The notes beneath the pieces were generated by a model. That model was given only the letters and a program-made list of their open reading frames with translations, did not search any database and was not told the origin of the DNA. Below are positions 27,399 to 39,999 of a DNA stretch of 64,000 nucleotides, one piece after another; within the stretch, counting starts at the first letter, position 1, and the number at the start of each line of letters is the position of its first letter. The stretch is taken from NCBI RefSeq assembly GCF_009914755.1, contig NC_060947.1; one strand, 5' to 3'. Position numbers and translations under genes: made by a program. The stretch is from the human T2T-CHM13v2.0 reference genome, Homo sapiens.

Positions 27399-27898
27399 TG
27401 TAGGGGTCAAGGGAGAGCTTCCCCTTCACCTTCTGAAAGTTTGCTGAAAAGGAACTGACAAAAAGTAGATTAAGGGGAGAAAAAAGACATACAGATTTAT
27501 TTTAATGTGCATAGCATAGAGGAATCCCAGTGGGGTCCAGATATTTATGTACCCTTCTTCCTAGGGGAAGGGGAGATGGTGGTATAGGAGTAAATAATTT
27601 TTGGGGGAGAATGAATGAACCCGGGGGCAGACATCATTTTGTGAATGATTCTCTTTGGAAATTGAATGGGACGGGAAAACAAGCAATGGTTTGGGATAAA
27701 GTTTGCTGGACCCTAGGTGTGGTGTTTAATTTTCAGTCTCTGTCTTTGTGATATGAATTTTAATCTTCTCTGATTAATATAATTTCAAGAAAAGATCAAA
27801 GGCAATTGTGTTTCTCTTTGGTGGTTCTGGTGTCTATATAGATAAAGGAACTTCAGAAAACAGCCACATCCACATCCTGTGCTTTGGAAAGACACATG
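27399..27898 (-). mobile_element. ERV1-type solo LTR (LOR1/MER4-group-like; family uncertain)
   Basis: TGTAGGGG...TTCCCCTTCACCTTCTGAAAG...ACTGACAAAAAGTAGATTAA motif, antisense poly(A) signal near 27496, possible TSD TGAG. Confidence 0.6.
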
Positions 27899-27910
27899 TG
27901 AGGGTAGCAA

Positions 27911-28219
<309 letters not shown>

Positions 28220-28459
28220 GACGTCTGTATAACAAAGTGGTTTCTATTTTTCATAAGATGTTCAAGCTAATTTGATGTTATGAGAAGTTGTCTACAACAA
28301 ATAATTCTATACAAGTGCTTTTTCTACACTTTACATTTATATTAATTATCCTTTGTAAAGAAGAGACTATATTGTGGGTTTTCATATTGTCTTGTGGGAA
28401 AGTGAGGAGACAGCTTAACTGTATTTTGTTGAGCTGGGATATATAACAAACACTTGCCC

Positions 28460-29000
28460 TTCCATTCACCTCCTACATTTCCAATAGCCTCATAACCAGT
28501 TTCCTCCAGTTCAGACTCCCCTTATTCATATACCCTTCTTACTGCTGCCAGAATAAACTCTGTAAAACGCAAATCTGACAATGTCAATTCTTTGCTTGGA
28601 ACTTGTCAATGACACCGAAATTGCCTTTCCAGACTCATCTCCAGTTGCTCCCCTTAAGCACACTTCACTTAACTGTGTCAAATTACTCACTGTTCCCAAA
28701 GGGAGGAAGCTGCACAGTCTTTGTGCGTCCTATTTTTCATGTCCAAAATGTCTTTTCCCAACTTTTTTTAACCTGACAATGTCATCTTGCCATTAGCTCA
28801 AATGACACATCCTCATTGAAACGTTCCAGAGCCCATCAGCTAGAATCATCATGATTTTTTGTACATCTTTTCAGAGTAATATTTTTGAAATCTGGATCTC
28901 TCTTATCAATATGTATATTTATTATGGTGGTGATCCCCCACTCTACTGAAACCTGTTATTCTATAGTACATCTCAGAATTAAGGAGCCATTAGAGTTGTT
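28460..29000 (+). mobile_element. L2 fragment
   Basis: CAATAGCCTCATAAC...ACTGCTGCCAGAATA...CAAATCTGACAATGTCA L2 motifs. Confidence 0.55.
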
Positions 29001-29029
29001 TCCTCATCTTTGTTACCGTAGCACTGGCA

Positions 29030-29260
29030 TTCATTCATTTAGCATCTCTTTAATTACATGCCCATGAAGTACCAGACACTATGCCAGGTTCTGGGAATAT
29101 AATAGTGAAAGACACAGACAAGTCATTGTACTCAGTACATTTTTGTTTGAGACACTGACCAAATAAACAAAATAAACACAAAATTAGAAAAAAACACAAC
29201 AAGTAAACCTCAAGTTAACCAACAAATAAAGTCATGGAATTTCCTGATAGTGTTACGAAG
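29030..29260 (-). mobile_element. L2 3' end
   Basis: ATTCATTCATTTAGCA...CCAGACACTATGCCAGGTTCTGGGAATATAATAGTGAA. Confidence 0.55.
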
Positions 29261-29314
29261 TAAAAACAGGTGCTGCAATAGTGCATCATTTTGGAATGTG
29301 TTTCTTATTTTGAT

Positions 29315-29730
29315 TGTGTCAGGTGCAAACTCATTTCCTTTCCTTTCCTGGGCATATCACTGGCCTACGTTTCCTAGCCTTCTTGCATCTAGGTGGGGCC
29401 ATGTGACTAGTTCTTGCCATTGGAATGTGAGAGGAGGCCAGATGTGTCACGGCTTGTCTGAGGCAGGTAAGAACAGGTGAACCTTTTCCATATTCTCTCT
29501 TTTCTCTTGTCACCCAGCCAGAAACAGAGGTTACAGTGGAGGTCTCTGAGGCACTGGGGATGGCAGATCACATCGTGAGAGAAGTCTAGACTCCTGAATG
29601 GCACTGTAGAATGCTTCCCACCAATCACCTACTTGGACTATGTGGTAAATAAGAAATAAATCTTTATTCTGTTTAGGCATTGGTATATTGGAGCTCTTTG
29701 CTACAATAGTTAGACTGCCTTGACTTAGCA
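29315..29730 (+). mobile_element. MLT1J-like LTR
   Basis: TAGGTGGGGCCATGTGACTAGTTCTTGCCATTGGAATGTGAG and AAGAAATAAATCTTTATT motifs. Confidence 0.75.
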
Positions 29731-30031
29731 GTGATCATAGCCTCCCATGGCCCAGGGGTCAACATAAGAATTTGAGACAGCAACATGGGTATCTCCAAAA
29801 AGCATTTTTCCCCCTCCCTCTTGCAAGCTGTCACAAAGGATCTTGATCCCCACATTCAACATGTAGGTAATTCAACTCTTCCCATCACATGCCCATTACT
29901 CAATCAAGGAAGTGACATTAACAGCCTGCCAAAGCAAAAGAACCCTAACCTATCCCAGAGGAAAGCTTCTTAGTTAGGCAAGCAAATTTTCTAATTGTCT
30001 TTTGTTCTTCTGATGTATAGTTAGCTAATTA

Positions 30032-30367
30032 TAGACAGTCCCTGACTTGCCATGGTTGAACTTCAGATTTTCTGACATGAAAGAGATATGCATTCAGGAG
30101 AAACTGTACTTCAAGTACCCAGACAACCCTTCTGTTTTTCACTTTCAGTGCAGTATTTAATAAATCACATGAGATATTCAACACTTTATTATAAAATAGG
30201 CTTTGTGTTAGATGATTTTGCCTAATGTAAGTGTTTTGAGCTTATTTAAGGTAAGCTGGGCGAGGCTATGATGTTTGGTAGGTTAGCTGTATTAAATGCA
30301 TTATGGTATTTTCTACTTACAATGGGTTTATTAGGATGTAACCCCATGGTAAGTTGAGGAGCATCTG
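30032..30367 (-). mobile_element. MER47A (Tigger-family non-autonomous DNA transposon)
   Basis: CATGAGATATTCAACACTTTATTATAAAATAGGCTTTGTGTTAGATGATTTTGCC; end GTAAGTTGAGGAGCATCTG followed by TA. Confidence 0.88.
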
Positions 30368-31187
30368 TATTGCTATAGACACTTTCTATAGTGCTTTAAT
30401 CATTCTTATAACCATGAAATAGTATCATATGTCAACTGGAAACTTGAAGCAAAACAAGATGAAAGATTTGACCTCTGTCTTGATGTGATGACCCATTGAA
30501 CACACACTGCTCCAACAAGAACTAGAATGTGTACAAAGGCATATTCTACCTGTCAATTAATTAAGCCCATGCTTTTTCAGTAGTCTTGGTTCATGACATA
30601 CAGGCTAATTTGGTCAAGCATTATCAATTATAGAGAAACATTTGCTGAGACTGGGGCAGAGATAATGTGGTTGCTTCCAAGTGAAGCCACACATGGCTCT
30701 AGAAATAAAGAATGCAGAATATTGTCTCTAACCTACTTTGCCTAGGCTGGGTCATTTTTGCTGAAAAGGAAATAAGGGATAATAATTTCCTTAAGTTCCT
30801 GTGTACCTACTGGGTCATGTTAAAAGAATGGACAGATTTAATATTTAATGTATATTATTCAATTCAGCGTTTGAGAATATGGATGGGGATGATGGTGGTC
30901 TTAATGTGAATAGGGAGGTCATGTGGGCTATTCAGGTGAAAGAGGCCCAAATGGCATCAAAGCTTTCAAATTGCTAATGCAGTTGAGAATGTAATATTTA
31001 GAAATTTCGTGAAAAACCTTACAAATGAAAATCTGTAAGCTTGATGAGAAATTGATGAATAGAGACGTGATTGTTTTTTACTCATCATTTTATTGGGAAT
31101 AATGTGCTGCTTGGAATGCTCTAAGATCATTCCAAAACAAAGCCAAGCAATGTGGTATGACTGCAACTGAGAGGAAAAACACAGTAC

Positions 31188-31352
31188 CTGGCAGCCAAGT
31201 TTGACAGGATGTCCATGGCTCTAAGGTGCAGAAGAAGGGAGCAGTGACAGATTCTTCCAGACACTTGGCTACAGACATTTACCAAAGGACCAAATTTCGA
31301 ATGGATTCGGTATACAGAGATTTATAGGTTCTATTCTGGTCATTCCAGGCAT
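31188..31352 (-). other. Candidate non-coding exon (165 nt)
   Basis: Minus-strand acceptor CTGCCTTTCATTTAG/ and donor CAG/GTACTG in unique DNA; all three frames contain stops. Confidence 0.3.
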
Positions 31353-31384
31353 CTAAATGAAAGGCAGCACACTGCAGAATAACA

Positions 31385-31610
31385 GCCTGAATAATGAAGT
31401 AAAACTCACTTGTTTGAATACTGGCTATATCAGTTACGACTATGTGACCATGCACATATTACTCAACCTCTCTGAGCTTCAGTTTCCTTTATCTGTGAAA
31501 TGGGGATACCTATTCGATGAGTATTAAATGACATAATATGTGAAAAAAACATTTATGTAGCACAGTGATTAACACATTTTAAGAGTTTAGTAAATGGCAG
31601 GTATTAATAA
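31385..31610 (+). mobile_element. MIR
   Basis: TTACTCAACCTCTCTGAGCTTCAGTTTCCTTTATCTGTGAAATGGGGATA core. Confidence 0.8.
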
Positions 31611-31749
31611 TACAGCCTTGAAAAATGAACTTCTTCCACTTCTACTCTCAACCCTCCCCCCATTCTCAATATGCATGATATATGCATGGGTAGATTTGGC
31701 AAATGGGCTAAGCAGGAGTACTGTGAAGTAGATCCACAAAGTTAAGTTC

Positions 31750-32470
31750 TAACAATTTCATTATTTCAAAATATTTCAAATCAATGCCAGAAAGGGAAAT
31801 AGACATGTTAGCAATTTTGATACAATAAGATTTTGTTGATGAGTAAATTGTCTTCTTTCACAAAAGGTAAACCTGTCAACTTTGGTCTTGAACAAAATCA
31901 TAGATGTAATTAAAAACCTCAGAGAATAAGTGGAATTATTTAAATTAGATTCCATAACTCTATATTTTATAATTATGGGAAGCTGCTTATTCAAAATTAT
32001 GTGTAAAGGCATGATTGTGGAATTTCCTTGCTAATAATGGTAAAATACTAATAAAAAAGTCCGTTTTTCATCAGTTCCATGGTGCTTATCATGTAACCAA
32101 TTTCAGTAGCATTATTTCATTAATACTAATTGAAAGGGGAGCAAACTTTTACAGTTCAGGTTTAAATTACGCGAGAGAGTTAAAAATAATGGTTGTAAGA
32201 AACGAACTGCTGTTTTGTTTGTCACTACAATATAAAATGGTTTAATAATTTTTATTGACAGGTCTTGTACAGGGTATATTGGCTGTTTCTTATGCACCAC
32301 TTTGAATCTTCTGGTTTTGTCTCCCAACAAGTCATACCTGTGTGACTGAGCAGGCTTTGAGCAGCTTTGATGAAGGCGCCATCAAACAGTGCCTTATCTA
32401 TGGTCAGCCACAAATGCCTCTTACTTCTCTGATTCCTTGGTGAGGAATGCTCCAACAGTGTATTTGACAT
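31750..32470. promoter_or_regulatory. Candidate developmental enhancer
   Basis: No recognisable repeat; many TAAT cores, TTTATTGACAG (HOX13-like + MEIS), CTTTGATG-AAGGCGC-CATCAAA, retained CpGs. Motif inference only. Confidence 0.35.
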
Positions 32471-32479
32471 TCAAACAAG

Positions 32480-32807
32480 AGCAACCTGGAAGTAGAGTAG
32501 GGTAAATTAGTACCCTGTAAGGCAATCTTTAGCCAATGGAGGGCAGAGCTGTTGGTTAAATGCTTTTCCCTTCCTTTTAGGTGGATGGTCTTGGGTTGCA
32601 TTTCGTGAAGCTAATTAGATAAGCCTACATGATTGAGCACCCGTAGTGGTGGCTCAGCTGGTAATGTGTACTTGAATTGGTTCTCTCTCCTTCCTTGTTT
32701 CATGCCCCTGTCCCTCATTCCTGCTCTTGGTATCACTTTCCCAAGGAAACTTACTCACATATAAACTTTTCTTTTAGATTTTGTTCCTGGGGGAACCCAG
32801 GCTAGAG
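32480..32807 (+). mobile_element. LTR16-family ERVL LTR
   Basis: GCCAATGGAGGGCAG...TCATTCCTGCTCTTGGTATCACTTTCCC...GGGGAACCCAGGCTAGA end. Confidence 0.6.
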
Positions 32808-34039
32808 AATTGGTGTAGATACCTTTAAAGCAATTCAGAGTCAATAAGGAGAAGGCCCAAATACTGTGCGTATTTATCTCTCTTCTTTACGTTACTCAAA
32901 AATAAAGTAAATTTGTTATGATTCATTTAGTTTTATCTGTATTTAACATTTGAAGTTTGCCTTTTTGCTCAAGGATGGAGATATAAAATAGAGATTTATA
33001 GCAGAGCACTGATACCAAAAAGCTCAATGTTCTAAAATCAGTGTCCTTTCTCATCTTGCATAGTCACCATGGTATTTCACCTAAATCAGGAATAACTGAA
33101 TTAGGCGCCTGGCTAAGTCTACGGGTCAAGACAGCCAAGTTCTGGTAGCATTTTGACCCCATATGACAATGGTTAAGATTTAACAATCACTTTTTAGGAA
33201 AAATTCAGCTTAAAGTGAGGGCAAAAACATGTTTGGTGGCGAAGGTGTCTTTGGAACTGCTTCTAATTATCCAAGTCATCTTTCTTCTGAGGCCCGCTTA
33301 GCTCTGAAACAACAAATTAAACTGTACTCAACTGTAATAGTAATTGCATTTCAAATATTATAAACACTGAAGTTGGGTTATGCTTATGATGTCTTAAGGA
33401 TGTGGATGACAAATACATTTTCTCATAAACCAACCCTGAATGCTTGACAGTGCATTCCTGGGGCCCTGTGTTGAAGGTTTCTGGTGATCAATGAGAAATA
33501 ATCCATGATCAATTGGCCCACTGAATGTTTTCTACCCCTGATTTAGGGGTTTCAGGTTGTCATCTGAAGGATTTTCTTGCCACTGACATCTATCCAATTT
33601 ACGAAAGTCTTAATATAAGTTTGATATCTTACAAACTCTGGCAGGTTCATCATTACAAAATCCAAGTAGGATGTATTTTCTGAAAAAAGTGACTTGCCCA
33701 AATTGGGGTCATCTTCAGAGAGTATGACTTTAGACCTTATTCTCTACTCTGAAGCTTCCTCTAAGTTTTGGTCCAGAAAACCCCATAAGAGTTACAGAGT
33801 TACTAAATGAACTGTACTGTAAAGTCATATGTGTGTGTCAAATGATTTTTATCAGCTTTTGGGTGTGTTACTCTATTAATCTGACTTACTCATTAGAACA
33901 ATTGAAAATTTAGATGAACTATTTTACATTTGATATCTTTTAACACATGAACACATCCTAAAGCTCAGAGAAAATCACAAAATTTAGTTAAACTTTAGTT
34001 ATCAAATTATATTATCTCCATTTGCCTCAACCTACATCA

Positions 34040-34790
34040 TTTGGATCAAATAGAATGCAAGTGCCATAACACAGATCCTATGGTGCTATATTTATTTCAG
34101 ATATTCCCCATAAATTATTTATTGCAAATTTAAAATATTGGGAAAATTTGTAGCGCAGATAGATTATCCAGGAATCCTTGAGTAAATCCTCTTTGCCTGT
34201 TAAGAAGTGCTGAGAAAAGCTGATCTAAATGTTTCCTCATATTTTTAAATTTCACTAATGACTTTAATGCAAGTTCCTTGTAGAGAGGCAGTGGTTTCTC
34301 TCTGCAAGATTCATGACATGTTTACTGCCTTTTTTTTCTTCCTGATGGACATGTCTACACTGCAAGAGACATAAGATCCTGGGTATTTGAAAATTAAAGA
34401 ACAGCAGCAAAAGGCCAGATGCCGTAGTTATAAAAGTTGCAAAAGTATCATAAACACCAGGTGTGCCATATAAATGCACAGGTTTTTTTTACACTGCCAC
34501 ACTATTATCATATGGTTCCAACATCTGTTCGTTCCTGTCCGGGCTTCCCACAGACAGTATTTATTAAAATCAAATACGCACTAACTCTCACTTATGTGCC
34601 TTGAGCAGGAAGTGCCACAGTGGCCTTATTATGGCATGTAAGTGGGCCAATAAAAATTGATTTTTATCAGTAAAGTTCCAATTATCCTTACAAGCCAATA
34701 TAGTATCGTCTGTATGCCTTGTACTTGCTAATGACTCTGTGGTTTCTATGACAGTGGGGCCAATACAAAAGTTTTTGTTACTAATTCCAA
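34040..34790. promoter_or_regulatory. Candidate posterior HOX/CDX-bound enhancer
   Basis: CCATAAA 34108, TTTATTGC 34118, GTTATAAAA 34427, TCATAAA 34448, TTATGGC 34629, CCAATAAAA 34647 in repeat-free DNA. Confidence 0.4.
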
Positions 34791-35418
34791 ATAATTGGAG
34801 GATGAGAGGAGAGGCCAGTTTAGCTTTGTAAAGAGTCTCTATTAAAAATTATTACTTAAAAAATGTTATTTTCTGATTTTCAACTAGAGGACATATTCGA
34901 AATTATAAATGAATGTAAAGAAGTAAATATTTTAATGAAAGTATTAAAAGGCTTCACGAATTTATATCATAAAGTGATACATTAAAAGCAACCAACCTAG
35001 CAAAGAGAAAATGACACTGGTCTGGAAATCATGAACCTTATGTTCTGGTTCTTAATCTATCCCTACCACTCTTTAGGTCTTAGTTTTCTCATCTGGGAAA
35101 ATGAGCAGACTGGAAAATCTGTACTATGTTCCCTTCCTATTTTGATTATTTATGACTCTAATGATAAAAAAAATTCAGTGACAGAAACTTTTTTCTTTAG
35201 CTCTTGATTTAATAAATTCTCCCGTTTTTTACAAAAATATTTTCCTGTTGACTTAATAGAAAATATCCACATTGTATCTGAGATATCACAAACACCAAAC
35301 CAGTAGATTTCAAATTAATGAGTAGTTTGACAGGGTTGTTTTTTGAACAAAAAGAAAATATTAAAAAGAAATGAGAAACAATGTACTACCAAGTGAATGT
35401 TAAAAGAATTGGGTATCT

Positions 35419-35781
<363 letters not shown>

Positions 35782-35858
35782 CTACCTCATATCATACATA
35801 GAAATAAATTCCAGAAGGATGAAAGATTCTAAATATTTCTTACAAAACCATACAGATA

Positions 35859-36274
35859 TGTGGCGAACACCGAAGAACTGTTAAGATGTCTCTTTGATGA
35901 AGGACTTACTGCCCCAGCTGCTGAGAATGCTGTTAGTAGATGGTCTTCAGAAGATTCCGGCCCCTTCAGTGATTGCCTCAGCTGCAGAAAGCTGCCTCTC
36001 CCAAGGTCACACCCCTTCCCATGGGAGCAGTCCACATCCAATGACTGATCACATGCAGGAATATATAGGCATGGCCATCTCAGTTCAATTAAAGAGCTGC
36101 CCATGAGGTAGGCTGAGGTTGTCATTGGCTTAGCATGGCAGCTCAACTTCTGCCTCTGACTAATTGTTTCCTTTTCCTTCAATTTACAGGTGTTGATGCC
36201 AAGAACGCTAATAAAAATCCAGAGGGCTAAAGTTTGTCTCAGATTCTGCATACGGAGGAACTCAAGCTGTGACA
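35859..36274 (+). mobile_element. LTR16A-like ERVL solo LTR
   Basis: TGTGGCG...GATTGCCTCAGCTGCAG...CCCAAGGTCACACCCCTTCCC...CACATCCAATGACTGATC...AATAAA...GTGACA. Confidence 0.75.
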
Positions 36275-36311
36275 ACATGTTAGAATAAAATGTAAAAGAA
36301 TACCTATCTTT

Positions 36312-37433
36312 TTAAAAAATTTAATTTAATTTAATTTTAAGTTCTGGGATACATGTGCAGGATGTGTAGGTTTGTTGCATAGGTAAACATGTACCATGGT
36401 GATTTGCTGCACCTATCAACCCATCACCTAGGTATTAAGACCCACGTACATTAACTATTTATCCTGGTGCTCTTCCTCCCCCCGTACCCCCTGACAGGCC
36501 CCAGTGTATGTTGTTCCCCTCCCTGTGTCCATGTGTTCTCATTGTTCAGCTCCCACTTATAAGAAGTGAGAACATGCAGTGTTTGGTTTTCTGTTCCTGT
36601 GTTCATTTGCTGAGGATCATGGCTTCCAGCTCCATCCATGTCCCTGCAAAGGACATAATCTCATTCATTTTTATGGCTGCATAGTATTCCATGGTGTATA
36701 TGCACCACATTTTCTTTATTCTGTCTATCACTGATGGACATTTGGATTGATTCCATGTCTTTGCTATTGTGAATAGTGCTGCAGTGAATATATGTGTGCA
36801 TGTATCTTTATATTAGAATGATATATATTCCTTTGGGTATACACCCAGTAATGGAATTGCTGGGCCAAATGGTATTTCTGGTTCTAGATCTCTAGATCTA
36901 GAGGAATCATCACACTGTCTTCCACAATGGTTGAACAAATTTACATTCCCACCAACAGTGTAAAAGTGTTCCTATTTCTCCACAGCCTCACCAGCATCTG
37001 TTGTTTCTTGACTTTTTAATAATTACCATTCTGACTGGCGTGAGGTGGTGTCTTATTGTGGTTTTGGTGTGCATTTCTAATGATCAGTGATGTTGAGCTT
37101 TTTTTCTTGTGTTTGTTGACCACATACTTGTCTTCTTTTGAGAAGTGTCTTTTCATGTCCTTTTTCCACTTTTTGATGGGGTTGTTTGTTTTTTTTCTTG
37201 GAAATTTGTTTAAGTTTCTTGTAGATTCTGGATATTAGACCTTTGTCTGATGGGTAGACTGCAAAAATTTTCTCCCACTCTGTAGGTTGTCTGCTCACTC
37301 TGATGATAGTTTCTTTTGCTGTGAAGAAGCTCTTTAGTTTAATTATATCCCATTTGTCAATTTTTGCTTTTGTTGCAATTACTTTTGATGTTTTTGTCGT
37401 GAAATCTTTGCCCATGTCTATGTTCTGAATGGC
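36312..37433 (-). mobile_element. L1PA (approx. L1PA10-12) 5'-truncated LINE-1
   Basis: ORF 37077-37415 is ORF2p-like ([21 protein letters not shown]); TSD AAAGAATACCTATCTTT 36295-36311 / AAAGAATATCTATCTTT 37434-37450. Confidence 0.92.
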
Positions 37434-37716
37434 AAAGAATATCTATCTTTAAAATAATCTTGAGTGTGGGAAAGTGTTCTTAAACAGAATATAAAAGCCA
37501 AAATCCATAAAGAAAGAAATGGAAAGATCTGACAAAATGAAAAGTAAAAGCTTCTTTCAGCATTATGAAAGACATCCTAAGCAAAATTAAAAGGCATTTT
37601 TTGAGGAAATATTTTTTAACATAAATAATAGACAAAGTTCATATCTGCAATATATAAAGACCTCCTACAAATAAATAAGAAGCCACCGTCTGCCCAAAAA
37701 AGGATAATATATATGA

Positions 37717-38090
<374 letters not shown>

Positions 38091-38423
38091 ATAAATGTTG
38101 CCAATAATGTAGGAAAGATGTTCTCAGCCTTTCTTGCAATCAAAGAGAGAATTGTCAACATAGAGAATAAGCTAACTTGTAAAATGAAAAAGGTTGATAG
38201 TATACACAATTGGCAAGAGGATGGGGGAAATGGGTACTCAAGATATTTGTGGAAATGTAAATGTTATTTTGAAAGGCACTTGGGCAGTAATTTCTCAACA
38301 TTTTAAATGTGTATGCTCTTTGATCTAGCAATTTTTCTTTTAGGAATATATGCTGCAGAAATATTAACACATGCACACAAAAAGGTGCATGAGAAGGTTT
38401 ATGCAAGACTTATTTTTAATAGG

Positions 38424-38603
38424 AAGAATTGGCTATCTATTTGAATAGGAAAATCAGAACCCCTATCTATCTCATATCATACATAAAAATAAATTCCAGA
38501 AGGATGAAAGATTCTAAATATAAGAAAACAAAACCACACAGACGTGTGGTGAACACTGAAGGATTGCTTAGATGTCTCTTTGGTGAAGGACTTTCTGTCC
38601 CAG
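38424..38603 (+). repeat. Local direct duplicate of the 35725-35917 L1ME/LTR16 junction
   Basis: Hand alignment about 85% identical, including a perfect 34-bp run AAATAAATTCCAGAAGGATGAAAGATTCTAAATA. Confidence 0.9.
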
Positions 38604-39748
38604 TAAGTCCTTTGAAACAAGCATCCCAAAAGAGGGGACAACTGTTTAAAAATATTGTGCATTATTAAATGCTATAGATATGCTAAAAAGAGTGAGCTTG
38701 ATCTATGTGTATTGTCATGGAAGGATATTTGTGTCGTGATATATTGCTAACAAAAGAGAAGTTGTATAAAAATGCATAACACACATATGCATACATGCAT
38801 GCATTTTATAAGTGCATAGGGACATTCTGGAAAGAAATGCACACGAGGAGAGGGAAGTTGGTTGTGGTACTGTAGAAAGACAACATTTACTTTTACTCTA
38901 GATACCTCTGAATTATTTAATACTTTTACATGGAACTTGCATTACTTTTGTAATTGAAACAATTTAAAAGAGAAGGAATGAAATGCACTAGAGGAACAAA
39001 CTTGATGCTTTTTCTTTGTTTGGCTTCACCATTATTCATATTACTACTACCACTAGAGACAGTCACTTGGAATTTTCTTTTGTCCAAATGCTGTATAATG
39101 TATTCCATCGTATTCCATTTTTCTGAAAATGATCTAATTTACATGATCAAATAGCACTTGATTCTCATTCACACAAATGTCTTGAAAACCAGGTAAGTGA
39201 AGTGAGCTACTGACATTTATAGAATATAATCTATATATTAAAATTTCTGGATTCAAGTTCACAAGATTCATTTTATTCCCCGCAAAGGCTGTGGTCACCT
39301 AAAAGGGAATGAAATATCTAAGAAGGGAATGAGCTCTGAAAAGTGGAAAGTAGGGTTTCAGAATATGAGAACATCCCTGAGGCCATTTCTTCACAGAATA
39401 AAGTGGAGTCAAAATTTGGAAATGCCGGTGGTGAACTGGAGATGTGCCAACAACTTTGTGCTGTGTAAACCAATTTAAAGAAAGTTAGTGTTGGGAGGTG
39501 AGGTTTACACCTTCATCCTTTGCTGGCTGATGCTAAGTTAAATCCTTCACCCTCCACTCCCGCAAAAACCCCTGCTCCTTTGAAGTTCTTGCCCTCTAGC
39601 TATGCCACCATCAGTTTCTCTTCAGCTCCCTTACGTATTGACTTTCTCCTCACTATCTTACTTTCAGTGAAGACTTTGATTTCTATTCTTCCCAAATTCT
39701 GCTGTCATCTGGAGACTTCGGGGTTTGTTCGGATAATCCTTCCAACCT

Positions 39749-39921
39749 CAGGGGTTTCCAAATCAGTGTGCACTGGAAACGTGTAAAAGTTTTTCAAAGT
39801 GTGTATTTCTGAGTTTTGCCTACTACATCAGAATCTCTCAAGGTGGGGGGGCCTTAGCTTCTGGAATGTCTAAAACCACCACAGATTATCATTCTAATAC
39901 AGTCAGAACCGCGAATCACTT
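39749..39921. mobile_element. MER5-family (hAT-Charlie) element
   Basis: CAGGGGTTTCCAAA...CTACATCAGAATCTCT...GAATCACTTG. Confidence 0.5.
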
Positions 39922-39999
39922 GCAGCCTTGCTCTTTGTCTGCCTCAACCTGTAACTTTGCATTCAACTTTTCTGGCTACGTAGTAGACATTTTCATTAC

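Noticed and set aside
35829-36278. 149-aa minus-strand ORF
   Set aside because: Antisense to the LTR16 element; no recognisable domain
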